NCBI GenBank assembly: GCA_965140445.1 | Contig: OZ223236.1 | Location: 1,184,001 to 1,248,000 of the forward strand | Direction: 5' to 3' | Source of the DNA: Candidatus Ozemobacteraceae bacterium | GTDB taxonomy: Bacteria; Muiribacteriota; Ozemobacteria; Ozemobacterales; Ozemobacteraceae | DNA: 64,000 nt | Shown: in pieces, positions 39,256-49,305 of the stretch | Numbering within the stretch: the first letter of the stretch is position 1 | Layout: the number at the start of each line of letters is the position of its first letter | Made by a program: the position numbers and the translations under genes | Notes under the pieces: generated by a model | What the model was told of the DNA's origin: nothing | The model's input: only the letters and a program-made list of their open reading frames with translations | Database searches by the model: none

Positions 39256-40527
39256 ATGGCCCAAAGAGGAATAAGGGAATATCATGGCAAGAAGTTGCTT
39301 GCAAAGCATCTCGACGCCTATATTGAAGACAGCATCGGTTACGATGGAAAGATCGTTCTTGTTGATGAAAACACCAACTGGGACAAGCTTAAGCAAGAAA
39401 ATCCATGGCTTACAAGCGAAAAACTGGTTGCCAAACCTGACCAGCTTTTCGGTAAAAGAGGAAAGCACGGACTTGTTCTTGTAAACAAAGATTTTGAAGA
39501 AGCTAAAAAATGGGTTCTGGAAAGAATGGGCAAGGCCCAGACAGTAAACCAGATCGATGGCGTATTGACTCATTTCATTATTGAGCCTTGCGTTGCCCAT
39601 GAAGTTGAATATTATGCTGCAATTAAGTCTGCTGCTGAAGGCGATGTAATTTATTTCTCGCTTGAAGGCGGAATTAATGTTGAAGAAAATTGGGATAAGG
39701 TCGTTTCGATTCCTGTTCCAATAATCGAAGGCGTTGATGGCGTAAATATAGAAGCAGCTTTGCCCGCAGAACTTGGCGAAAAGAAAACTCTCGTAGCAAC
39801 CTTCCTAAAAGGGCTTTATAAGTATTTTGCAGCAATGCATTTTGCTTATCTTGAAATCAACCCCTTCGCAATAGCTGGTGATACAATTCTCCCGCTTGAT
39901 ATGGTTGCCAAACTTGATGATACTGCAGAATATCTTTGTGGTCGTCAGTGGGGCGAAGATATGGAATTTCCGGCAGCTTTTGGTCAGAGACTCAGCCCTG
40001 AAGAACTTAAGATTCGTGAATTGGATGCGCTTTCTGGTGCTTCATTGAAACTGACTCTTCTCAATCCTGACGGAATTATCTGGAATATGGTTGCTGGCGG
40101 CGGCGCATCAGTTATTTATGCTGATACGGTTTGCGATCTTGGTTTTGCCAAAGAACTTGCCATGTATGGCGAATATTCTGGAAACCCCAGCACTAACCTT
40201 ACTTATGAATATGCGAAAGTTTTGCTTGATTTGATGACTCGCAAGCCTGATCCACAAGGCCGTCCTAAGACGTTGATTCTTGGTGGTGGTATTGCTAACT
40301 TCACAGATGTAGCCAAAACTTTTACTGGTATAATTCAGGCTCTCAACGAATACGCTGACAAGCTCAAAGCTGTAAATGCAAGAGTTTTTGTTCGACGCGG
40401 TGGACCTAACTATGAAGTTGGTCTGGTTAACCTTAAAAAGGCCGTCGAAAAGCTTGGCGTCCCAATAGAAGTTCATGGGCCAGAATATCACATGACTCGC
40501 ATCGTTTCTGATGCGTTCAAGTCTTAA
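39256..40527 (+). CDS. aclB: ATP-citrate lyase, ATP-grasp/citrate-binding subunit
   Basis: IREYHGK, LVAKPDQLFGKRGKHGL, YLEINP, SLKLTLLNP, MVAGGGASV, YGEYSGNP, GGGIANFTDVAKTF, RRGGPNY. Confidence 0.93.
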   Translation: MAQRGIREYHGKKLLAKHLDAYIEDSIGYDGKIVLVDENTNWDKLKQENPWLTSEKLVAKPDQLFGKRGKHGLVLVNKDFEEAKKWVLERMGKAQTVNQIDGVLTHFIIEPCVAHEVEYYAAIKSAAEGDVIYFSLEGGINVEENWDKVVSIPVPIIEGVDGVNIEAALPAELGEKKTLVATFLKGLYKYFAAMHFAYLEINPFAIAGDTILPLDMVAKLDDTAEYLCGRQWGEDMEFPAAFGQRLSPEELKIRELDALSGASLKLTLLNPDGIIWNMVAGGGASVIYADTVCDLGFAKELAMYGEYSGNPSTNLTYEYAKVLLDLMTRKPDPQGRPKTLILGGGIANFTDVAKTFTGIIQALNEYADKLKAVNARVFVRRGGPNYEVGLVNLKKAVEKLGVPIEVHGPEYHMTRIVSDAFKS

Positions 40528-40551
40528 TCAGTGAAAGGAAGGTATGCAGAT

Positions 40552-42396
40552 ATGAGTCGTCCAGATTATTTGCTTTTTGATAGAAATACCCGCGCCCTGA
40601 TCTATGGAATGCAGACCAAGGCCATTCAGAGAATGTTAGATTTCGATTATTGCTGTCGCAGAGAAACTCCATCAGTTGCCGCAATCATCGATCCCGGAAA
40701 ATTCGGCAGCCAGAAAGCCTTTTTCGGTAAAAAAGAAATTTTCATACCAGTTTATCCAAATGTGCAAACAGCTTGTGATTGTCATCCTGATATGGATGTG
40801 ATGATTAACTTCGCATCTTTCAGAAGCTCTTATGACACCACTATGGAAGCTCTTGTTGTTGAACAGCTTCGCACCGTTGTTGTAATCGCTGAAGGTATCC
40901 CTGAAAGACTTGCAAGGCATCTTCGTGCTGTGGCCGTAAAAAATAACAAAATTGTAATTGGTCCAGCTACAGTTGGTGGTATTGCTGCCGGAGCGTTCAA
41001 AGTTGCCAATACTGGCGGAACAATTGAAAACATTATTGATTCCAAACTTCATCGCCCTGGTTCAGTTGGTTTCGTCAGCAAATCTGGCGGGATGTCCAAC
41101 GAAGCTTATAACATTATCGCCAGAAATACAGATGGTCTTTTCGAAGGAATTGCAATCGGTGGTGACGCCTACGCCGGATCAACTCTTACTGAGCATCTGG
41201 TGAGATTCGAAGCTAATCCGGCAATCAAAATGCTGGTTTGTCTCGGCGAAGTTGGCGGAGAAGAAGAGTGGAACATCGTTGAAGCCGTTAAAACAGGTAA
41301 AATCACTAAGCCTCTTGTAATGTGGGTTACCGGAACTTCAATCAAGCACATGCCAAAAGGCATTCAGTTTGGCCACGCCGGTGCAAAAGCCGACGCTACA
41401 CGCGAAACAGCAGAAGCCAAAAACGCTGCTCTCAAGGAAGTTGGCGTTATAGTTCCTGAATCATTTGATGATTATGACAAAGCTATCAAAGCCACTTATG
41501 ACAAGCTTGTAGCTGAAGGTAAGATCGTTCCTGCAGCTGAAGTTGAGCCGCCAACAATTCCAATGGATTACGCTGACGCTGTTAAGCAAAACAAAGTTCG
41601 TAAGCCAACTAACTTCACATGCACAATTTCAGATGATTCAAAAGACGAATTGATCTATGCTGGCCACAAAATCAGCAAAGTAATTGGTGAAAACTACTCT
41701 GTTGGTGAAACAATTGGACTCTTGTGGTTCAAGGAAAGATTGCCAAAATGGGCCGCCGAATTTATGGAAATCGTGATCAAGCTTTGCGCCGATCATGGTC
41801 CTTGCGTGTCTGGTGCCCATAATACAATCGTAACAGCAAGAGCTGGTCGCGATCTGATGAGTGCTGTTGCCTCTGGAATCCTGACTATCGGTCCAAGATT
41901 CGGTGGAGCTGTCGCCGGCGCTGCCTTGATGTTCAAAGAAGCTCAGGACAAAGGTCTTGATCCATTTGATTACATTGCAGATCTGAAGAAAAACAACATC
42001 AAAATTCAGGGAATTGGTCACAAGATCAAGAGTGTTAAAAACCCTGACCAGCGTGTTGAACTGCTTAAAGACTTCGCCAAGAAGAATTTCCCTGCAACCA
42101 GATTGCTGGATTTCGCTCTTGAAGTTGAAAAGCTTACCACAGCTAAAAAAGACACCCTCATCCTCAACGTTGATGGATGTATCGGTGTTCTTTCAGTTGA
42201 TATGATGTATGGCCTCGGCTGGAGTGAAGAAAAGATCCAGCAGGTAGTAGACGGTGGCGGCCTTAACGGTCTCTTCCTTCTCGGCCGCACAATCGGCATG
42301 ATCGGTCACTACATGGATCAATCTCGCCAGAAAGCTGGACTCTATCGTCACCCAATGGATGACATTCTTTATGATCTTCCAGAACTGGTAGACTAA
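40552..42396 (+). CDS. aclA: ATP-citrate lyase, CoA-binding/citryl-CoA lyase subunit
   Basis: QRMLDFD, IGPATVGG, SKSGGMSNE, phospho-His motif QFGHAGA, ADHGPCVSGAHN, GIGHKIKS, LNVDG. Confidence 0.93.
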   Translation: MSRPDYLLFDRNTRALIYGMQTKAIQRMLDFDYCCRRETPSVAAIIDPGKFGSQKAFFGKKEIFIPVYPNVQTACDCHPDMDVMINFASFRSSYDTTMEALVVEQLRTVVVIAEGIPERLARHLRAVAVKNNKIVIGPATVGGIAAGAFKVANTGGTIENIIDSKLHRPGSVGFVSKSGGMSNEAYNIIARNTDGLFEGIAIGGDAYAGSTLTEHLVRFEANPAIKMLVCLGEVGGEEEWNIVEAVKTGKITKPLVMWVTGTSIKHMPKGIQFGHAGAKADATRETAEAKNAALKEVGVIVPESFDDYDKAIKATYDKLVAEGKIVPAAEVEPPTIPMDYADAVKQNKVRKPTNFTCTISDDSKDELIYAGHKISKVIGENYSVGETIGLLWFKERLPKWAAEFMEIVIKLCADHGPCVSGAHNTIVTARAGRDLMSAVASGILTIGPRFGGAVAGAALMFKEAQDKGLDPFDYIADLKKNNIKIQGIGHKIKSVKNPDQRVELLKDFAKKNFPATRLLDFALEVEKLTTAKKDTLILNVDGCIGVLSVDMMYGLGWSEEKIQQVVDGGGLNGLFLLGRTIGMIGHYMDQSRQKAGLYRHPMDDILYDLPELVD

Positions 42397-42410
42397 GCTT
42401 TTTAAATAAG

Positions 42411-42461
42411 CGCAAAAACAATGCCACCCCGCCATTGCGGCGGGGTGGCATTGTTTTTGCG
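42411..42461. terminator. Perfect 23-bp inverted repeat, bidirectional terminator
   Basis: CGCAAAAACAATGCCACCCCGCC-attgc-GGCGGGGTGGCATTGTTTTTGCG. Confidence 0.8.
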
Positions 42462-42477
42462 AATTTTCTGATATTTC

Positions 42478-42702
42478 CTAATGATTCATTAAAAAATTTA
42501 CTGCCATGACAAGAATTGTAAGGGCCGCACTTAGATACCCAAGCCAGTAAAACCAAAATCTGATCCAGCTTTCCTTTCGAGTATAAACCCAAAAACGGTG
42601 ACCAATTTCGCCAGTTTTAAGTGCGCGGTGCAGTAAATAAAAAATAAAGCCGTCGATAATAATAACCAGAAAAGCCAACGCCAGATTGCCATTAATATTC
42701 AT
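42478..42702 (-). CDS. Small hypothetical membrane protein
   Basis: 74 aa, two hydrophobic helices. Confidence 0.55.
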   Translation of the reverse strand: MNINGNLALAFLVIIIDGFIFYLLHRALKTGEIGHRFWVYTRKESWIRFWFYWLGYLSAALTILVMAVNFLMNH

Positions 42703-42861
42703 TCGTAAAATTCTCTCTTATGTCTTTTATTATGAATTTTAATTGTTTCAGGTTGCAAAGGTAAAATTTTATTTTTTTTAGCGTAACAATATTTGTTAAA
42801 ATTGTTAAAAGCAAATAACCTGGCTTACTATTCAAGCGATTTGTTTAAATATGGAGTGAAA

Positions 42862-43188
42862 ATGAAAAAACTGGGTTTACTATCGCTATTTTTAGTACTT
42901 TTGCCAATTTTTTCTTTTATTGGACTTCTTTTTCTTGCGCCCCCTGTTGGAAACCCTCAAGACTCCGAAAGTCTTGTGGTTAAACTTTTGGATTACCAAA
43001 TTACTTATTTCATGCGAGAAAAAATGCCATTTCCTCCACCCCTGCCTGCAATTGGTTTGGCAATTTCACTTTTCCTCTGGAAGCGTCATAATATCGAAAC
43101 AGCGCGCATTGCGGCGCATGTTGGCCTTTTGTTACTTGGGTTCTGGCTTATGATTTCAATTGTGCCACTTATGATTCATATTGGCTAA
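42862..43188 (+). CDS. Hypothetical membrane protein
   Basis: GGAG RBS before MKKLGLL; three hydrophobic segments. Confidence 0.6.
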   Translation: MKKLGLLSLFLVLLPIFSFIGLLFLAPPVGNPQDSESLVVKLLDYQITYFMREKMPFPPPLPAIGLAISLFLWKRHNIETARIAAHVGLLLLGFWLMISIVPLMIHIG

Positions 43189-43451
43189 AGATCTGTCATC
43201 TTTATGTAAAACAGAGCGCAAATTTGAAAATCAGGAACTGAATAAAAAAGGTGGATTTTCTATCAAATTTTGGAAAGCTTATGTACCGCAAACATTTTCA
43301 AACTTAAAATAGACTGGACATGGAATAAATAATAGCAATAAAGTTCTTTATTGAAATCAGCAAATTATAAAGGCAAAAACAGATTACTGTGCTATGGTCT
43401 TTATTACTTATTACAAGTATTTCAAAATATTATTTAGAAAGCTGGAAAAAA

Positions 43452-44543
43452 ATGAAGAAGTTATTGCTCCTATTACTCTTACTAGTCAGTTTATCTGTTC
43501 AAGCTCAGGACTTTAAGCCTTACAAGATAAAATCAGGGAAAATTGAATATGAAAAGCTGAAATATTCAGTGCACGCTGGTTTTAAGAAAGATAAAGATGG
43601 TGTTGAAACAAGTTTTCGTGAAATGGTTCCTTACGTGGCTGAGTCTGTGATTTTCTATTGGGACGATTTCGGGGATAAGGCATTTGAAGAAACTTACAAA
43701 GTCTCTGAATTCGGCGGGAAGGCTCTCCCCGAAAAAGTTAAGATGTCCGAAACTTTGTGGTCTGGCGATCATCGCTACTATTACAATGTAGAGAAAAATC
43801 AAATAGACGAGTCATTTTATGACTTGAAACTAGAGTGTAGAGAAAACGCTGAATATTACCAAAAAGTAGATTCATGGTTCAAAATGAAACACAGAGATGT
43901 TGAAAAAGCGGGATCTGCAACTATTGCTGGTAAAGAAGCGGACTATTATAAAATAGATAGCTCTGAAGATTACTATCTCTGGAAAGGGCTGATCTTAAAA
44001 AACGAGATGTACGCAACGAATGGAAAAGGCACTCAGAGAAAAGATATTGATAGAGCAAAGGTTGCTGTAAAAATCGATACTGAAACCAAAATTTCAGACA
44101 CAATTTTCGAGCCAACATGGTTAAAAAGAGATCAGCTATTCAAATCAATCGATGGAAACAAAATTTCTGAATACCTCGATGGAAAACCAGGTCTGCTTGA
44201 ACAAGCCGATAACGTTAACGGAATAAAAATAAAGAAAAACGATATTCTGTTCTTTGTTTCCACGGATCTACATCTCAGTAAAATGATGGTTTTGGATATC
44301 AACAAAGAAAACAAGTTAACCATAAAATTTACTCTTTACGACAACACCAACTATGATTTCTGCACAAGAGATTTTTATAATCTGCAAAATGGCAGTTCAG
44401 TTGATTTCGACAATATTGACAACGGAAATGAAGATGCTAAGCAGTTGGATCTCAAATGGGAAAACACAGATAAATCAAATCTGTTTCCAATAAACAATAT
44501 CAGCTTATTTTTATTGAAAGCCAGTCGCGAAGGCGGTTTGTAA
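43452..44543 (+). CDS. Secreted hypothetical protein
   Basis: MKKLLLLLLLLVSLSVQAQ signal peptide; IKSGKIEY, TIAGKEADYY..LWKG. Confidence 0.75.
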   Translation: MKKLLLLLLLLVSLSVQAQDFKPYKIKSGKIEYEKLKYSVHAGFKKDKDGVETSFREMVPYVAESVIFYWDDFGDKAFEETYKVSEFGGKALPEKVKMSETLWSGDHRYYYNVEKNQIDESFYDLKLECRENAEYYQKVDSWFKMKHRDVEKAGSATIAGKEADYYKIDSSEDYYLWKGLILKNEMYATNGKGTQRKDIDRAKVAVKIDTETKISDTIFEPTWLKRDQLFKSIDGNKISEYLDGKPGLLEQADNVNGIKIKKNDILFFVSTDLHLSKMMVLDINKENKLTIKFTLYDNTNYDFCTRDFYNLQNGSSVDFDNIDNGNEDAKQLDLKWENTDKSNLFPINNISLFLLKASREGGL

Positions 44544-44573
44544 AAACAAAGTTCATATTTGGATAAGCAAAAT

Positions 44574-44611
44574 AAAACCAGATCTCCAGCTTGCTGGAGG
44601 CCTGGTTTTTT
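44574..44611. terminator. Terminator-like hairpin between convergent genes
   Basis: AAAACCAG-atCTCCAGC/GCTGGAGgc-CTGGTTTT. Confidence 0.65.
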
Positions 44612-44684
44612 ATATGTGATGGGCTACCGAAAATTTAATTTCTGGAGTTGGTCTAACTAGTTTTATACAAAGTGAAATAAGAAT

Positions 44685-45386
44685 TTAACCAAGAGCAGCA
44701 AAAGTTTCTTTTATAGAAAAGCCCAGAATTGCAATAATAATTAGTGCTCGACTAAGGTCGCCTGCCAGTAGAAAAACCAGGTCTGCAGGTTCTTCTGACT
44801 CATAGGCTGGAAGGGAATACATTTCTTCACAGATAAACTGTTCTTTTGAAACCGGGGCGCCATCGGAAAGGGATTGGTATGAATCTGAGCCCTGATAAAC
44901 AGAACCGCTTTGACTGGCAATCTCACCCAGCAGGAGACTTTCTATTCCGAAAGCTCCGTTAATAAGAGTTACTGCCGGTTTATTTCTGTCAATAAAACCC
45001 ATGGATGCCATGGTAAAACTGTGATAGTCAGGGCTAAGAAATTCAACCTTTGCATTTATTGAGTTAGTTGCAATGAATTCCTGTAATATCTCATTTTTAA
45101 ATGGGCAATTGGTAATAATGCTGACTGAAACAGTTTCAAACGCACTTTTATTTTTCAGAAGTAATCTCTGGCAATGATTAATTGCCACGACCTGTTCAGA
45201 AGAAAAAATACTTGTTGAGCCGGGCAGCAAAACAATTGATTGCTCTGGTGTCGCAAAAAGTGATTTTTTAAAATCCTGATATTTCTGAATCTCGTGTTTT
45301 TTCCAATCCCTAAATTTGATAAGGGACCAGGCTAAGCCAAGCAAAACCAAAAAAGTGCCAAGATAGTAGGCTACGTAAATTCTCAA
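44685..45386 (-). CDS. DUF6754-like membrane protein
   Basis: GAFGIESLLLGE ... ICEEMYSLPAY ... LLAGDLSR; terminal TM helices; family recognised from memory. Confidence 0.55.
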   Translation of the reverse strand: MRIYVAYYLGTFLVLLGLAWSLIKFRDWKKHEIQKYQDFKKSLFATPEQSIVLLPGSTSIFSSEQVVAINHCQRLLLKNKSAFETVSVSIITNCPFKNEILQEFIATNSINAKVEFLSPDYHSFTMASMGFIDRNKPAVTLINGAFGIESLLLGEIASQSGSVYQGSDSYQSLSDGAPVSKEQFICEEMYSLPAYESEEPADLVFLLAGDLSRALIIIAILGFSIKETFAALG

Positions 45387-45453
45387 TTGAAATTCCTGAA
45401 GTTATTTTTTAATACAAATGTTGCAAATCTAAACTTACGGTTTTTATCTGAGT

Positions 45454-46584
45454 TTAACAATAGCTTATTTCTGAAAATGTAATTGGGCCGGCAAGACCTC
45501 TTTGGTTAACCGATCTCACCTCTATTTTGTTGCGCCCATCATTTAAAGTCCATTTCATTTTACTGGAGTCGTTGCGTTGCCAGTTTCCATTATCGATTCT
45601 CACAAGATAATGGCTGTGGCAAAAAGCATTGTTCATAAATTTAAGGTTAAATTCAGGTTTGGCAGCAAACAAATGCATTTTGCTAAAATACTGTTCCTCA
45701 GTCTTGATATTTAAAGCCTTGATTCTATCAAAGAAAGTTGAATCTTCGCTCTGGTAGCTAAAAATTATCAGACTACGGTTCATGGTAAAATATAGATCAT
45801 CTGGGTTACCTGTAAATACAGCGTTATTGAACTCAAACCCCTGAAAGGTCATAAACTGTTTTTTGGCTTCCAATAAAAGATTTAATGAAGCTCCAGATGA
45901 AAAGCCATCAATTTTTACCCCAACATAACCAAAATATTCGTGTATAAAGTCGCGGTATTCTTTCGCAAAGGTTTTTAATTTAATTTTTCTTAACTTCTGA
46001 TAGGGAGCCGGAATTCGGAAGTCTATCTCACCAAAAAGCCCACGCTTTTTCAATTTAAACATTTCAAGATAGTTCAATGGCTTCCCGTTATGGAATGGGC
46101 AGATACAAAACTGCGGGTCGACAAAAACCCATTTGCAGAGATCATTCACCCAAACTTCGGAAGCGACATGCCCACTGCCAAATCCACCATATGCAACATT
46201 TATTGATCTAAGGCTTATTGAGCGAGAAATAAAGCCAAACGCTTTTAGGACTTCGCTCAAAACAAGCCCATATTCGACGCAGCGATACCGAGCTCTCTTT
46301 TGATGAACATTTTTCAGGATTTGCAGAGCTGAGGTGCCTTTGGAAGGTTCGTTCAGTCCATCGTGTTCCCACTGTGAGCTAACCCAGTTCATAATCTCTA
46401 GAACCTGAGAAAGCTCATTTTCTGCAATAAAAGTAGTCCTTTTGTTAACGTATTTTTGTAAGCTATCCAATGATTTGGTATCAACTGAATTTGTTTTAAA
46501 ATAATCATCAACACAGGTTTTAAACCAATTATTGTTGGTTTTCTTTATTTCAATCTTTTTTACAAATTTCTGGTTAGCTACCAC
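45454..46584 (-). CDS. Transglutaminase-like (Cys-His-Asp) protein
   Basis: RCVEYG, GHVASEVW, KWVFVDP catalytic triad motifs. Confidence 0.8.
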   Translation of the reverse strand: MVANQKFVKKIEIKKTNNNWFKTCVDDYFKTNSVDTKSLDSLQKYVNKRTTFIAENELSQVLEIMNWVSSQWEHDGLNEPSKGTSALQILKNVHQKRARYRCVEYGLVLSEVLKAFGFISRSISLRSINVAYGGFGSGHVASEVWVNDLCKWVFVDPQFCICPFHNGKPLNYLEMFKLKKRGLFGEIDFRIPAPYQKLRKIKLKTFAKEYRDFIHEYFGYVGVKIDGFSSGASLNLLLEAKKQFMTFQGFEFNNAVFTGNPDDLYFTMNRSLIIFSYQSEDSTFFDRIKALNIKTEEQYFSKMHLFAAKPEFNLKFMNNAFCHSHYLVRIDNGNWQRNDSSKMKWTLNDGRNKIEVRSVNQRGLAGPITFSEISYC

Positions 46585-46699
46585 TTTTTTTCCTCTCTTA
46601 CCATTCTCTGGACAGGGAGCAGGTTAAATTGTCTGTATCTGAAGTGCTATAAGAAACTCAAAACTTCATTTTTCCAAAATCACTGATTTGATGTCGCAG

Positions 46700-48094
46700 C
46701 TAAAACAGCTTCACCTTTTCGTCGGCAGGGGTGGGGGCTTTGCCTTTTTTGCCGGCCGATCTGCTTGCTTTTTTGCTGCGCTGTGCTGCTATGGACTCAA
46801 GGGTTCCTACTACCCAGCCGGTAGTGTTTCCGATGGCGCCGCCCAGGGTTCCTATTGCACCGCCGGCATAATGGCCAACGATAGAGTAGGGGTCTGGAGT
46901 GACGTCAAAGAGGCCTTTAAAAGAATCTTTGGCATACTCTTTTACTTGATTTACGATGTTTTTTGCGGTTTTTTCTGCAGCCATTTTGCCGAAAGCTTTG
47001 CCGATTCCTGTGGCTGTGCCAATGAAACTCCCGGCTTTTTCACCATATTGGGTGCCTTTATCAAAACTACCCTGAAGTTGGTCTGCCATGTCGCCCCACA
47101 TGTGGGTCCATGATTCCTGCCAGTAATTTGTGGAAAGTTTGCCATCGTCTTTTGAGTTTGACCAAAAAGCTTGTTTGGCATTTGAAGATTTTTTGCCTTT
47201 GGTGCTGGTGACAGTAAATGTGCCTGAATGCCAGAAAAGTTTGCTGTGATCTATGCTTTTCATCAGACTTGATTTAGCTTTTGGCATCTTTTCAATTGCA
47301 ACTGCGAAATCCCAGTCTATAGCTTTGGCAGCTGTTTTTGCTTCATTTTGCAGTTGAGGGACCATTTTTTTTAGATTCTTAACTGAATCTTCTCTGTCGA
47401 ACTCAGAAAAACCTGTTATCAAAGCTGCTATTCCTGAAAAATATAGCCTGACCTTTTTGTTTGCAGGGCGGGATAAAAGTTCATAAAATTTTATTCTGGC
47501 TGCGGTTTCGCCTCTTTTACAAAGCTTATTGAACATTGCAGTACATAGTTCTCTGAGCTTTGCGGAATCGCCGTTAAGAGCGTCTGGTTTTGCAGTTGTT
47601 GAATTAGTTGTGGCGATAAGACCTTCGATTGCCGCATGGTCAGGAAAAACTTTAGCCACAAGTTTTTTGTCGTTGCGTTTTGGCCTTGAAACCGCGACTG
47701 GTTTGGCTTGAGAAGGCTGCTTTCTTCCTCGCTTTTTGCCAGAAACAAGTTTTTCTAATGCCAGAGTATTAAAATTGTTTGGCTTTGGCATAAATTCATC
47801 GAGATTGCCCGCCTGCATTTCGCTTGCCTGCAACTCTATCTTGTCGTTGTCTGCGGTAGTTAATTCTGTTTGAACAACACTGACTTCAGAAACACTTATG
47901 CTGTCATTGGGTTTTCCGTCTTTGACCAATACGTCACTTATGACGCGACTGGCTTTAATTGAAGATTTGTAAACCCTGTTACCTATTTTGACAATTTCAT
48001 TAAAATCTCTTTCAAGTTGCTGCGTATCATAAGAATAGGCAGAAATAGAACAAGTAAGGAATAGAATCAACAAAAGTTTAATTTTATTTTTCAA
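46700..48094 (-). CDS. Secreted hypothetical protein with Gly-rich C-terminal helices
   Basis: TTG start with GGAGG; signal peptide; GGAIGTLGGAIG. Confidence 0.75.
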   Translation of the reverse strand: MKNKIKLLLILFLTCSISAYSYDTQQLERDFNEIVKIGNRVYKSSIKASRVISDVLVKDGKPNDSISVSEVSVVQTELTTADNDKIELQASEMQAGNLDEFMPKPNNFNTLALEKLVSGKKRGRKQPSQAKPVAVSRPKRNDKKLVAKVFPDHAAIEGLIATTNSTTAKPDALNGDSAKLRELCTAMFNKLCKRGETAARIKFYELLSRPANKKVRLYFSGIAALITGFSEFDREDSVKNLKKMVPQLQNEAKTAAKAIDWDFAVAIEKMPKAKSSLMKSIDHSKLFWHSGTFTVTSTKGKKSSNAKQAFWSNSKDDGKLSTNYWQESWTHMWGDMADQLQGSFDKGTQYGEKAGSFIGTATGIGKAFGKMAAEKTAKNIVNQVKEYAKDSFKGLFDVTPDPYSIVGHYAGGAIGTLGGAIGNTTGWVVGTLESIAAQRSKKASRSAGKKGKAPTPADEKVKLF

Positions 48095-48213
48095 GTTAAT
48101 CCTCCGGGTAAAAAGCTTTAAATTTGAGTCAGATTATCATTTTTTTTGAGCAGATTCAAACTCTTGAAAAACATTATTGTTGCATGCTTTTGCAGATTAA
48201 ATAGAACCAAAAA
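47733..48213. repeat. Direct repeat copy A1 (5' part and upstream region of 46700..48094)
   Basis: Near-identical to ~51787..52268 (offset 4054); similarity decays at the right end. Confidence 0.92.
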
Positions 48214-48387
48214 TACCCGTGTAAGATTAAATCCTAAGTTTAATCTACTTTATTCAAGCAAGAGAGTGATAGTTCATAAATGGCTTTAAATCGTGATTTG
48301 ACATGTCTCTGATTGTCGCTATATGCGTTTTTACTAACAACGTTTCATTTTGTTTTTTTCACAATTTTTTGTGTTACCATTCAGCAC

Positions 48388-49305
48388 ATGAACGAAGAAA
48401 TAATTATTCAGGACCTATTAAAACATCTTTCTGAGTGCGAGTATGAAGGTCGACCTGCCAACCGGGAAATTCTTGCAAAAGAGCTGTCTTTGACAATGGA
48501 GCAGTTCGAAAGCATTGCCAAAGATCTGGAAAAGGCAAATCTGGTGGAATCAGGTAATCTGAAACTAACACCGAACGGAAGAGAGTATGCTCTTCATATA
48601 GTTCGGGCTCATCGCTTATATGAAACCTTTCTGGCGATGAAAACGGGAATCAAATCTAATCAATGGCATACTCTTGCGCATGCCAAAGAGCACACTCTTT
48701 CCGCTGACGACGTAAATAAGCTGTCTCGGGATTTGAATTATCCGCGTTATGATCCACACGGCGACCCAATTCCCACAGCTACAGGGTTTATGCCAGCTAA
48801 ACGCGGCCAATCTCTGACAGAATATTCTACAGGCTGGGAGGGAAAGGTTGTTCACATCGAAGATGAACCGCCGAGACTTTATGCCCATATCGTTGCTGCT
48901 AGTATTGCTCCAGGAACTATTTTACGGATAATAAAAAAAGATACCGAAGAGCTCCAGATATCTGTCGAAGGCTGTGAATTCACTTTTTCGAACGAAGTTG
49001 CCGGGCAGATTACTGTTGTGCCGCTGACTGCAAATGAAAAATTCGATGAATCAATTCAGCGATTATCGAGCCTGGAGGAAGAAGAAGAGGCTTCGGTGGT
49101 GAGGCTGTCCCCGCTTTGTATTGGTTTGGAGCGGAATCGCTTACTAGACCTTGGTTTGGTTCCGGGTACTGTTTTAAGTGTTGATTTGGTAAGTCCTTCA
49201 GGCAGTCCAATTGCATATCGTATTAGAGGAGCCTCAATAGCGTTGCGAAGGAGCCAATCTGAGCTGGTATTGATTAGAAAAACGAAGGAAAATAAAAATG
49301 AGTGA
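48388..49305 (+). CDS. DtxR/MntR-family metal-dependent regulator with FeoA domains
   Basis: wHTH; RAHRLYETFL; DPHGDPIP; C-terminal FeoA RLLDLGLVPGT...SPIAYRIRGASIALR. Confidence 0.88.
   Translation: MNEEIIIQDLLKHLSECEYEGRPANREILAKELSLTMEQFESIAKDLEKANLVESGNLKLTPNGREYALHIVRAHRLYETFLAMKTGIKSNQWHTLAHAKEHTLSADDVNKLSRDLNYPRYDPHGDPIPTATGFMPAKRGQSLTEYSTGWEGKVVHIEDEPPRLYAHIVAASIAPGTILRIIKKDTEELQISVEGCEFTFSNEVAGQITVVPLTANEKFDESIQRLSSLEEEEEASVVRLSPLCIGLERNRLLDLGLVPGTVLSVDLVSPSGSPIAYRIRGASIALRRSQSELVLIRKTKENKNE

Noticed and set aside
42411..42461. MITE/REP element
   Set aside because: Single copy in the window, between convergent genes; adequately explained as a terminator.
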